Assembly: GCA_041661665.1 (NCBI GenBank)
Contig: JBAZTW010000004.1
Span: forward strand, 5,121 to 69,120
Length of the DNA: 64,000 nucleotides
Origin: Phycisphaerae bacterium
GTDB taxonomy: Bacteria; Planctomycetota; Phycisphaerae; Sedimentisphaerales; UBA12454
Reading direction: 5' to 3'
Part shown: piece by piece, positions 10,147 through 18,880 of the stretch
Position numbering within the stretch: the first letter of the stretch is position 1
Layout: each line of letters opens with the position of its first letter
Translations under genes and position numbers: made by a program
Notes under the pieces: model-generated
Told to the model about the DNA's origin: nothing
What the model saw: the letters and a program-made list of their open reading frames with translations, nothing else
Database searches by the model: none

Positions 10147-11472
10147 TTATTTAAGATAAACGCCGAGAACTTTGTTGATTGCTGTCGATATTTTGTTGCA
10201 GTCTTCATCGCTGTAGTTACATCCGATATCAATGAGAATTGCTTTTGACAACAGCTCAAGCGTTTTTGGACACATATCTTTTGTGTACTTCGGTAATTCG
10301 TTTTTCGGCACTCCGCTCCACGGAAGCTTGTCCGTTGAAACTGACTTGTACTGGAGAATATGCTCCCAGTAATTGTAGGTATGCCAATCTCTTACTTTTG
10401 AGTCGTAAATTCCACCACATGGAACGCCTTCCGCTTTTAATGCCGGCAGCGCTTTTTTAGTTGTCTCAGCATCCGGCAGGAACATAATCAGGCAAATGCC
10501 GGTATCGCCAACTTCATCAGCCAGTCTCCTGAAACTAAGACCTTTAAATTTTTCAATAGCATTCTTAATTTTATTGTTAGCATTTCTATGTCCGGATACG
10601 ATGGCTTTTGCACGTCTGATTTGTGCCAAAGCAACAGCGCCTTCCATTTCGCTCATCCTGTAGTTTTCGCCGCAGAACAAATCTTCATTTTCTTTCTCAG
10701 GTCCAAATCTGTCAGGCCTCCAGCAGGCGGCACAATCGTGCCAATTTAAGGCTCTTGTATAAAGTCTTTCATCGTTTGTTGTGTAGAATCCACCTTCACC
10801 GCTTACAATAATTTTGTAATAGTCAAAGCTGAAGCAGCCGATTTTACCGATACTGCCGAGCATTTTGCCTTTAAATGAACCACCCGCTGCCTGAGCGACA
10901 TCCTCAATTACCGGAACGCCGTGCTTATTGGCAACATCCATAATAGCGTCCATCTGTGCGGGCGCGCCTCTCATATGAACCGGAACAATGGCTTTTGTTC
11001 TCTTGGTTATAGCTTTTTCAATCGCTTTCGGATCCATACAAAGCGTTTCGTCAACATCAACTATAACAGGTATTGCATTTGAGGCGACAACTGTCGCAGA
11101 TGTAGCAAAAAATGTGTACGCCGGAACAATAACCTCATCGCCCATACCGATTCCCAGCGAACGATAAGCCGTTACCAATGCCGATGTGCAGGAATTAGCG
11201 GCCATACAGAACTTTGTGCCGATAAGCTCTTTCATTGCGGTTTCTGCCGCTGACACTTTGCTCGGACGCGGATTGTAATATCTGAAAAGGTGAGGTCCTT
11301 TAAGGTTTTTTTCGCCTTCGATAATCGCTTTAATTTTAGATGTGTTTTCAGGCGACAACTGCCACAAATCAAGCACTTCAAGCAGTTCATCTTTGCCGAT
11401 TTTGGTCGGGAATGGTCCCAGTTTATCCGCTGCTTTTGAGCCGCCTTCAATTGCCAATTTTTGTTTAGCCAT
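10147..11472 (-). CDS. DegT/DnrJ/EryC1/StrS PLP aminotransferase
   Basis: 'VPAYTFFAT', 'IEDVAQA', 'FSFDYYK' (PLP Lys), 'GENYRMSE'. Confidence 0.9.
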   Translation of the reverse strand: MAKQKLAIEGGSKAADKLGPFPTKIGKDELLEVLDLWQLSPENTSKIKAIIEGEKNLKGPHLFRYYNPRPSKVSAAETAMKELIGTKFCMAANSCTSALVTAYRSLGIGMGDEVIVPAYTFFATSATVVASNAIPVIVDVDETLCMDPKAIEKAITKRTKAIVPVHMRGAPAQMDAIMDVANKHGVPVIEDVAQAAGGSFKGKMLGSIGKIGCFSFDYYKIIVSGEGGFYTTNDERLYTRALNWHDCAACWRPDRFGPEKENEDLFCGENYRMSEMEGAVALAQIRRAKAIVSGHRNANNKIKNAIEKFKGLSFRRLADEVGDTGICLIMFLPDAETTKKALPALKAEGVPCGGIYDSKVRDWHTYNYWEHILQYKSVSTDKLPWSGVPKNELPKYTKDMCPKTLELLSKAILIDIGCNYSDEDCNKISTAINKVLGVYLK

Positions 11473-11549
11473 TTATTGCTCCATTTTTTCTAATTATAAA
11501 TTTTGCACTACTGGTTATGTTTATATATACAAAGTCACCGTTATCGTGT

Positions 11550-11577
11550 ACAATAACACACGAACCTTTAGAGTCAA
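11550..11577 (-). promoter_or_regulatory. Sigma70-type promoter of the aminotransferase operon
   Basis: Minus strand TTGACT-N16-TATTGT with TGn extension. Confidence 0.45.
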
Positions 11578-11678
11578 GAAAAAAGGCTCTTGAGATGAGA
11601 TACCCGCCATAAATTGGTAGGATTATTTTTCAGTAACATAGTTATAACTTAGAAATTAGACCTTTTAATGGATATTTT

Positions 11679-12239
11679 GTGGATACAAACAATCTCGGTA
11701 TCGCTCTGAAAAGGCTAAGAACGGAAAAAGGCATAGGATTGCGCCAGTTAAGCCGTCAGGCTGACATTTCGCCGGCATCGCTCGTAGCCATCGAAAAAGG
11801 CACAAGCAGCCCCACACTGGCCACATTAGGGAAAATCCTAAGCGAACTCGGATATGATTTAGCCGATTTCTTTGTAATGTCCAAGAAAAATGTGGATGCC
11901 CCCGTATGCTTTCAATCAGAAATGCAGAGTCTTGCAGATAAAAACAGGATATATAAATATCTTTTGCCTAAAACAGCCAAAAGGCGTTTTATATTAGTTC
12001 ACGAAACCATTGCCCCAACCGAAAAACAAAGTGAATGGGAACAGCACGACTATGATTTGGCAGGCACTATACTTTCAGGCTGTCCGGCTGAATTGGAAAT
12101 AGAAAACCAGGGTCAATGGAAACTTAAAACTGGCGATGCGTTTTATATACCCGCTCATAAGCAGCACCGTCTAACAAATTTATCGAAAAAGCCTTTGAGG
12201 CTGATAACAGTATCCGAAAGCCACAAGCCAAGACGTTAA
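11679..12239 (+). CDS. XRE-family HTH + cupin transcriptional regulator
   Basis: 'LRQLSRQADISPASLVAIEKGTSSPTLATL' HTH; C-terminal cupin 'GDAFYIPAHKQH'; divergent from the catabolic operon. Confidence 0.88.
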   Translation: MDTNNLGIALKRLRTEKGIGLRQLSRQADISPASLVAIEKGTSSPTLATLGKILSELGYDLADFFVMSKKNVDAPVCFQSEMQSLADKNRIYKYLLPKTAKRRFILVHETIAPTEKQSEWEQHDYDLAGTILSGCPAELEIENQGQWKLKTGDAFYIPAHKQHRLTNLSKKPLRLITVSESHKPRR

Positions 12240-12313
12240 TTACCGTAAGCATATATGTTTAGCGTATCAAACTTTGGCGCAGAGAGTATTTTTAACGAAA
12301 TGAACCAAAAGAT

Positions 12314-12346
12314 AAAGCCTTGTAAGGGTTTATCTCACAAGGCTTT
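12314..12346. terminator. Hairpin between convergent regulator gene and tRNA
   Basis: aaagccttgt...acaaggcttt 10-bp stem. Confidence 0.55.
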
Positions 12347-12352
12347 ACACAA

Positions 12353-12426
12353 CGAGGCCGAAGGGGCTCGAACCCTCAACCTTCGGATCGACAGTCCGAC
12401 GCTCTAACCAATTGAGCTACGGCCCC
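12353..12426 (-). tRNA. tRNA-Asp(GTC)
   Basis: GGGGCCG/CGGCCTC acceptor stem, D-loop TAGCTCAATTGGTTAGAGC, anticodon loop CT-GTC-GA, GGTTCGAG T-loop; CCA not encoded. Confidence 0.96.
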
Positions 12427-12935
12427 GAAGTCAAACTCTAAAAACGAGCGTATATAAATAGTGTTTTAAACCATTTTGTCAAGCCATTTAACCTTATTTT
12501 TTGGTAAAATATCAATAAATTGGCTGGCTCATCCACAAAAAAATCACCAAAATCATATTCAAAACCCCTTCGCAGCCCATTCAAATTCACTACACACTAC
12601 AACATATTGTATGTTGCCCATTTTGCCCTGACGATTAAATCTCCGCAAATTAAAAGAAAAAAGGCAAAATAGCCTCAAAATCATAACAACAGAGCCAATA
12701 GCCCCTTTTAACAATCTGTGAACTCGTTTAAAAACATAAAAAAATGGAAATTTTTTTTAAAGTTTTGCTTTTTACACGGTCGATATCAGTACTGGAAGTT
12801 ATGATAGAGACCCGCAACGGAATAGCGGATACACAACATATAGTGGTATAGCGATGTTGAAGCATCGAATACCTTTGGTTTTGACGAGGAAATTGGATTT
12901 CCCCGACCAGAGCCAAAATAGAAAGGTAAAAAGCC

Positions 12936-13220
12936 ATGAATCAGGCCAAAACCGAGATAAGCACCAGCAGACTATTTTCGCGGATTAGCCCTCGTCAAAC
13001 TCTGGGCGCAAAAGATGACCACACAACAGAGGAACTGCTGCAGGCTGATATCCATTCCCCGCTTGGGCAATTGCTCAGTAAAATTGCCGAACTGCCTGAG
13101 GTCAGATTTGAGAAAGTTTTAACTGTTCGAAGACAAATATGCAGAGGGCTGTACAGAGCAGATGAAAAACTCGATACTACAATAGACAGAATGCTCGAAG
13201 ACCTGCTTATCGAGCCATAA
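12936..13220 (+). CDS. FlgM-like anti-sigma-28 factor
   Basis: C-terminal 'PEVRFEKV..VRRQI.RG.Y..DEKLDTTIDRMLEDL' matches the FlgM C-terminal pattern. Confidence 0.65.
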   Translation: MNQAKTEISTSRLFSRISPRQTLGAKDDHTTEELLQADIHSPLGQLLSKIAELPEVRFEKVLTVRRQICRGLYRADEKLDTTIDRMLEDLLIEP

Positions 13221-13284
13221 AAACCACAGCCACTGGTTAGTGAACAATACTCGGATAGTATCCTTCGATACAAAACGAACTGTG

Positions 13285-13938
13285 TTAATCCGCATCCGGT
13301 TTTTTCTGCAAAACTTTGTGTTCGGTTCCTGCGATGAGGCGTTTGATATTTGTTCTGTGCAGGAAAATCACCAGTGAACATAAAACCATCGCCGCTGCGA
13401 TTAAAGGCCACAAGACAGCAAATTTCCAGCTTTTCAAGAAAGCCGTCATAGCAATCATTATAAATGGAAAAACCGCGGCTGAAATAATTGCGGCAAGCGA
13501 GATGTACTTGGAGACGAGAACTATTGTCGCCCAGAGGATAAATACGATAATGCCGGGCAATGTATAATAAGGCCAGATACCCAGAACAACGCCAAAACTT
13601 GTCGCCACGCCTTTACCGCCTCTGAATTTCAGATAGAATGGAAAGATGTGCCCCAGTATCGCCGCTGCGCCGACCGCCAGCCACAGCCAAAAATCTGAAG
13701 AGCCGGCTGCATCGGAAAATAAAAAATATCCGCAAAATGAGGGTATAAACCCCTTGAGCGTATCGAGCAGAAAGCAGACATATGCCCAGTTTTTGCCGCA
13801 GGCTCGCGACAGATTTGTAGCGCCGAGATTGCCTGAGCCGACTTTACGCAGGTCAATTCCTTTTGCTTTTGCGATAATCATCGCAAATGAAATCGAACCA
13901 ATTAAATATGATGTGATTATTAGAAGCAGAGTTTTCAT
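13285..13938 (-). CDS. plsY: Glycerol-3-phosphate acyltransferase PlsY
   Basis: 'YLIGSI', 'GSGNLGATN', 'GHIFPFYLKFRGGKGVAT', 'HRTNIKRLIAGTE'. Confidence 0.95.
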   Translation of the reverse strand: MKTLLLIITSYLIGSISFAMIIAKAKGIDLRKVGSGNLGATNLSRACGKNWAYVCFLLDTLKGFIPSFCGYFLFSDAAGSSDFWLWLAVGAAAILGHIFPFYLKFRGGKGVATSFGVVLGIWPYYTLPGIIVFILWATIVLVSKYISLAAIISAAVFPFIMIAMTAFLKSWKFAVLWPLIAAAMVLCSLVIFLHRTNIKRLIAGTEHKVLQKKPDAD

Positions 13939-15107
13939 AATTTTTTATTTTTAATTTTTTTATATAATTCTAATAGTTTTTTACAATGCGTTTCAATCGA
14001 AACTTTAGTTTTTATATTGTCATCGACAATCGCTTTTTTAGCGGCCGTGATATTTTCAGCATTGCAATAAAATTGCATCGCCTCAGCCAGCGAATCGACA
14101 TCGTCTGGCGAATCAAAGACTCTTCCGTGCCTGCCGGCGACAAATAAATCTTTCGCTCCATTATACTTCGTCGTAATCACAGGTCTGTCCGCCGCCAGAG
14201 CCTCAAGCACAAATCGGCTCGATGGGTCATAATACGTCGGCAAAACCGCAACATCACAAACCGCCAGCAAATAACGAATTGAACCGGCAGGGCCAAGAAA
14301 TAAAATTTTATCTTTTACGCCAAGCTTACCGGCCAATCTGCGGTATTTTCCAGCAGAACCTCTGCCGGAAACAATGACATAGGCAGGCCTTTTGGTAAAT
14401 TTATTAGTTAAAATCGCAATGGCTTTTACCAGTGGGGTAAGCCCTTTGAGTCTGAAATTGTGAGCGCCGAAAAGAAAAAACACAGGCTCATCCGCCTGTT
14501 TGATATTCAATTTATCAAAAATCTGTCTGCGAAGCCTGTCAGCCTTTGCCTTGTCAACTGCGGCAGACGGACGAATGCCGTTGGGTATTACAAAAATTCT
14601 TTCGTCCGGCAGATTATAATATTTCTTAAACTGATTTTTAACGTATTCGCTCAATGCGGCGATGACCGGGGTATCGGAATTTTTACAGATTCGTTTCTCG
14701 GCACAGGCAAGCGAAGTCCTGCGAAAATTAGTTACATTCGTGAGAAGTTTGAAAATACGTATCGCGGTATTATCATAACTTGCGGCATTGCGAATAGCCG
14801 CCTCTGGGTAACTTCCGCCGCGAGGCTGATAAACATCGACAAAATCAAAAGGCAGAACACTGTGGATTATATCGTAGTGATTTTCCTTAAAATGTGCCGA
14901 AAGAGCAATTTTAAACTCTTTTAAGCCGACTCTCTTTTTGCCGCTGCCGCAGAGAATCTCCACCCTTCGCGAACGCGTAGTGCCGGTCGCCGCGAGAATT
15001 TTTACATCAACGCCGAGCAGAACCATTTTGGCCGTAAGCTCAAAAACGCTTCTTTCCGCGCCGCCAAGACGCAAATTCGCTCGTTCTGTTATTATCGCAA
15101 GTTTCAT
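13935..15107 (-). CDS. Glycosyltransferase family 4 (WaaG/RfaG-like)
   Basis: 'GGAERS', 'IPNG', 'KGL', 'YDPSSRFVLEALAA'. Confidence 0.85.
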   Translation of the reverse strand: MKLAIITERANLRLGGAERSVFELTAKMVLLGVDVKILAATGTTRSRRVEILCGSGKKRVGLKEFKIALSAHFKENHYDIIHSVLPFDFVDVYQPRGGSYPEAAIRNAASYDNTAIRIFKLLTNVTNFRRTSLACAEKRICKNSDTPVIAALSEYVKNQFKKYYNLPDERIFVIPNGIRPSAAVDKAKADRLRRQIFDKLNIKQADEPVFFLFGAHNFRLKGLTPLVKAIAILTNKFTKRPAYVIVSGRGSAGKYRRLAGKLGVKDKILFLGPAGSIRYLLAVCDVAVLPTYYDPSSRFVLEALAADRPVITTKYNGAKDLFVAGRHGRVFDSPDDVDSLAEAMQFYCNAENITAAKKAIVDDNIKTKVSIETHCKKLLELYKKIKNKKL

Positions 15108-15134
15108 AAATTAATAGCCAATAGTCATTAGTTC

Positions 15135-15185
15135 GTAGGGTGGGCTCGCCTGTCCTGAGCTTGTCGAAGGGTCAGCCCACGCGGT
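15135..15185 (+). repeat. GTAG-type REP-like palindrome (family B) with nested insert
   Basis: gtagggtgggctcg[cctgtcctgagcttgtcgaagg]gtcagcccacgcgg; near-identical to 29435-29485. Confidence 0.85.
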
Positions 15186-15999
15186 TGTTTTCAAAAGGAG
15201 CATATCTGTTATGTTTTTTATCGTGTTTAGCCATTTGTTTTGCTTTTGATTTAATTTTTCTTATCAGTATCCTATCACAAATAGAAAGTTTTGTTTTGCC
15301 CGTATAAGCCAAATAAAATCTCAACCTGTCAGCCCTGGTAATCACGCTGCCGGGCGAAGAATAATAAAGCTGTGCGAGGTCTTTTACAAGAAACTTCCCG
15401 CCGAAAACCATCGGCTTAAAAACTCTGTTCAAATCTATCAGCGTAAATTTCCCCGCATCATCGCAAAATATATGACACAAATATAAATCACGATGACGAA
15501 AACCGGCCTTGTGAAATTTACTCACAAACGCGGCAAGATGTTCGATAAACTTTTTTCTGCCCTTGAAAAAAAGAGCAGGCAGTCTTTTTTCCAGACTTTC
15601 CGCATTCGGCACTTTTTCTGTAATAATAAAACTTCGCTTTTCAAAAATGCCCTGCCACTGCACGCCGAAAGCGACTGTTTTCGGAACATTTATGCCTAAT
15701 CGGCTTAAAATCTCGGCTGGTCTCCTGTCGCAGTCCATCGTGGAAATCCGCCTTCGCCGCGAAAACCAGTTATCAATCTGTTTGGATGCAGGTATGTTTT
15801 GATAGCGTTTTAAGAATAGCGTCGTTTTTGGGTTTTCAGTCTCAAATTTAATCCGCTGACGAAATGATGCGAGATTTTCCTTAATTAAATTTTGCCCGCC
15901 GGAGAATTTGAAAACATCGTCAATGCTTTCAAGCCCGATTTTCTTAAAGCAGTCGGTGAATTCCGGGATGATGTGCATCATCTCGCTCATTTGCGCCAC
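15172..15999 (-). CDS. LPS core kinase (WaaP/Kdo kinase, InaA family)
   Basis: 'LFLKRY', 'FHKAGFRHRDLYLCHI', 'LIDL', 'KDLAQL'. Confidence 0.85.
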   Translation of the reverse strand: MAQMSEMMHIIPEFTDCFKKIGLESIDDVFKFSGGQNLIKENLASFRQRIKFETENPKTTLFLKRYQNIPASKQIDNWFSRRRRISTMDCDRRPAEILSRLGINVPKTVAFGVQWQGIFEKRSFIITEKVPNAESLEKRLPALFFKGRKKFIEHLAAFVSKFHKAGFRHRDLYLCHIFCDDAGKFTLIDLNRVFKPMVFGGKFLVKDLAQLYYSSPGSVITRADRLRFYLAYTGKTKLSICDRILIRKIKSKAKQMAKHDKKHNRYAPFENNRVG

Positions 16000-17021
16000 T
16001 CGGAAAGAACTTTTTCAGCCGCGGCGCAAACACTCTGAGCGGTTATCGATTGCATACAATAATGTTTATCTTTTTTACAAACAGGTTTGTCGCACGGAGC
16101 ACAGGGCATATCTGCGACAATTTTTATTTCATCATCATAATCGCTTTGTGTCCAGGCCGGATTATTCGGCCCGAAAAGCGTAATAATTTTTTTGCCGAGC
16201 GCAATTGCTATATGCCGCGGGCCGGTGTCGTTGCTGATTACAAGGTCGGAAAAATGAAACAACGCCTTTAATTGACCAAGCGAAACAGGCGTATCGGCCA
16301 GATTAACAGCAGGATGTTTTGCCAGTGAACAAATCTTCTCGGCAATGCGTCTTTCCTGCGCAGCGGGACTTACCGAAATAAAAACATTTGCAGAAAAATT
16401 TTCAACCAGAAAATCAATCACAGCCGCAAATCTTTCTTCCGGCCAAATCTTGCTCGGCCCGAATGCCCCGCCCGGAACGATTATAACCACAGGCTTTGAC
16501 CGAACTAAATAATTCGCAAATTTCTCGCCGATAACTTCGCGGTCGTTTTTGGCAACCTCAAGCTGCATCTTTTTATTCGTTGCAGCTCCGTCAATCGCAT
16601 CCGCTATCGCCAGATAATAATCTATGACAGAGACAGGCTCATACTTAAATGCCGATACCTTTTGAGGATAAAGTTTTCCATTCAGCAAAAAACCTCTCCC
16701 CTCTCTGGCGTAGCCTATTCGTGATTTAATCCCAGCTAAAAAAACCGCCATCGCAGACGCGAAAGAATTTTTAAAAAGTATCGCGGCATCAAATTTATGT
16801 TTTCTCAATTCCGCAGCAATCGCAAACGGATTATTTTTTTTAACTATCACCCAGCCATCGGCGAAAGAAGTCGGACTCAAAACATCAGCAACGGTTTTGC
16901 TTGCGCAAAAATAAATTTTCGTGTCGGCAAAACACTCTCTGATGCTGCGCAGAGCAGGCGTTGCCATTATGGCATCACCCATCGGCGACGGAAGCCAAAT
17001 TAATATGTTTCTTGCACTCAT
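15987..17021 (-). CDS. waaF: LPS heptosyltransferase II
   Basis: 'PSPMGDAIMATP', 'PGGAFGPSKIWP', 'SNDTGPRHIA'. Confidence 0.88.
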   Translation of the reverse strand: MSARNILIWLPSPMGDAIMATPALRSIRECFADTKIYFCASKTVADVLSPTSFADGWVIVKKNNPFAIAAELRKHKFDAAILFKNSFASAMAVFLAGIKSRIGYAREGRGFLLNGKLYPQKVSAFKYEPVSVIDYYLAIADAIDGAATNKKMQLEVAKNDREVIGEKFANYLVRSKPVVIIVPGGAFGPSKIWPEERFAAVIDFLVENFSANVFISVSPAAQERRIAEKICSLAKHPAVNLADTPVSLGQLKALFHFSDLVISNDTGPRHIAIALGKKIITLFGPNNPAWTQSDYDDEIKIVADMPCAPCDKPVCKKDKHYCMQSITAQSVCAAAEKVLSEWRK

Positions 17022-17033
17022 AAATTATAGAGT

Positions 17034-17136
17034 ATTGAAAATTGTAAATTGAAGATTGAAGATTTAGAATTATTAAACAGTTTCCCGACTCATCGGGATT
17101 CCACAATTCTTCAATTTTCATTCTTCAATTTTCATT
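17034..17136 (+). repeat. Family A repeat with both heptamer arms
   Basis: (attgaa/gattgaa)n ... cccgactcatcggg-attccac-(ttcaatt)n. Confidence 0.7.
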
Positions 17137-18301
17137 ATTTGTCCTTGTGCATTACATAAAGCGTAAGCGTCATAATCTGAAAAAAAATTGCAAAACCCAG
17201 CGAGGTATAAACCGCACTATCGGCAGGAGTCAGCGACATTTTGTATCGTATAGCAATAAATACACATGCCGCTGCGACAATCTGCATAAAACCCGCGAAA
17301 AGTTTAAAAACCGAAAACTCCGTGTAAAGCTCCTGACGATTGCGGCTCTTCATCAGCAGTCTGATTTCTTCGAGAAGTTTTTCAGTTTTCGAACTGTCGC
17401 CCGCGGGAACTTTAAATTCCACATTATCGACAGGTTTTTGCCGCTGTGGTTTTTTTTCAATCGTTTCAACAGCCTTTGGCTCTTCCATTTGCTCTTTCTC
17501 TTCTTCTTCGAGCGGCTGCGGAACAATTTCTTTTTCAGCTGGACGCTCAACAACGACAGCCTGCTTAACCTTTATTGGCTCAGGCACCGCAACAGGTTTT
17601 AGAACAGGTTCAGGTTCAACAATAATCGGCTGCGAAACAACGACAGGATTTGTCGCCGGTGATAGCACAGCAACAGGCGGTGCAGAAGGAGCAGTAACCG
17701 GAGTCGGAGCAGGCACAGCCGCGGCGACAACAGGCTTTGGCATCGTTTCTCTTTTTATTATATTGACCGCCTCACGAAGATTGACCGCCTCGAAATCAGC
17801 GTCCTGGTCGCCCTGTTTTTTCACAGGTATTTTCAAAGACTGCTTAATGAGAATCGTTCGACAGCCCGCAGCCTTACCGGCAGCGACATCCTGATAAGTA
17901 TTGCCGACCATCCAGGAGTCCGATAGATTAAGATTCATTTCCTTGGCCGCGGCAAGCAGCATCCCCGGCTTCGGCTTTCGCCAGTCGCTGTCTTTTCTGT
18001 ATTTTTGAATCACACCATCGGGATGATATGGACAATAATATATCCTGTCCAAATAGGCATTTTGCTCAGCTAAAAGCTGTTTGAGTTTTTCGTGAATCTG
18101 GCCGAGAGCCTGTTCGGTAATTATGCCGCGAGCGATGCCGGACTGATTGGAAATAACAACGAGCTTATAGCCCATCTTCCTGAAATCCGCAACCGCAGAT
18201 GATGCGAATTGAAGCAGTTTGACCTGGTCCGGACTATTTATATATCCGGGGTCTTCGATAATTGTATCATCTCTATCAAGAAAAATTGCCTTGTTCGACA
18301 T
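17135..18301 (-). CDS. gmhB: D,D-heptose 1,7-bisphosphate phosphatase (GmhB) with Pro/Ala/Val-rich linker and two C-terminal TM helices
   Basis: 'FLDRDDT', 'SNQSGIARG', 'YYCPYHP', 'RKPKPGML', 'VGNT..DVAAG'; about 200-aa extension. Confidence 0.85.
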   Translation of the reverse strand: MSNKAIFLDRDDTIIEDPGYINSPDQVKLLQFASSAVADFRKMGYKLVVISNQSGIARGIITEQALGQIHEKLKQLLAEQNAYLDRIYYCPYHPDGVIQKYRKDSDWRKPKPGMLLAAAKEMNLNLSDSWMVGNTYQDVAAGKAAGCRTILIKQSLKIPVKKQGDQDADFEAVNLREAVNIIKRETMPKPVVAAAVPAPTPVTAPSAPPVAVLSPATNPVVVSQPIIVEPEPVLKPVAVPEPIKVKQAVVVERPAEKEIVPQPLEEEEKEQMEEPKAVETIEKKPQRQKPVDNVEFKVPAGDSSKTEKLLEEIRLLMKSRNRQELYTEFSVFKLFAGFMQIVAAACVFIAIRYKMSLTPADSAVYTSLGFAIFFQIMTLTLYVMHKDK

Positions 18302-18304
18302 AAT

Positions 18305-18880
18305 CTATTTTCCCTCGGCAAAATGTTTTTCCACAAGTCCGCAGACAATATGATACGCAATCTGATGAATTTCCTGAGTCGCGAAACTTTTTTCCGCATC
18401 AGCGCACAAACAAACATCAGAATTTTTTTCGAGCTTGCTGTTTTTCCTGCCAGTGAACGCAATCACCTTTGCGCCGCGTTTTTTGGCAAATTCGGCTGCC
18501 TTTATAATATTGATACTGCTGCCGCTGGTAGAAAACGCCCAGAGACAGTCATTATTTTTAACTAACCCTTCAACCTGTCTTGCGAAAATATCGTCGAACC
18601 TATAATCGTTGCCGACACTTGTCAGGACTGATGTATCCGTCGAAAGCGCAACCGCAGGCAGAGCCTTTCGCTCTAATAAAAATCTCCCGATAAATTCACC
18701 GGCTATATGCTGACAATCAGCAGCCGAGCCGCCATTGCCGCACAAATAAAGCGTCCCGCCGTTTTCGATACTATCAATTATTATCTTAGCGGTCTTCTCT
18801 ATCGCATCAACACCCGCGACTTCAAGAGCATCGACCATTTTTTTGTGTTTTTTAATCGTCTCAATGATTTGCTGTTTCAT
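18305..18880 (-). CDS. gmhA: Phosphoheptose isomerase
   Basis: 'CGNGGSAADCQH', 'STSGSS', 'QEIHQ'; ATG at 18880. Confidence 0.93.
   Translation of the reverse strand: MKQQIIETIKKHKKMVDALEVAGVDAIEKTAKIIIDSIENGGTLYLCGNGGSAADCQHIAGEFIGRFLLERKALPAVALSTDTSVLTSVGNDYRFDDIFARQVEGLVKNNDCLWAFSTSGSSINIIKAAEFAKKRGAKVIAFTGRKNSKLEKNSDVCLCADAEKSFATQEIHQIAYHIVCGLVEKHFAEGK

Noticed and set aside
12430-12935. Replication origin
   Set aside because: Only isolated one-mismatch DnaA-box-like words; no cluster and no dnaA/dnaN nearby
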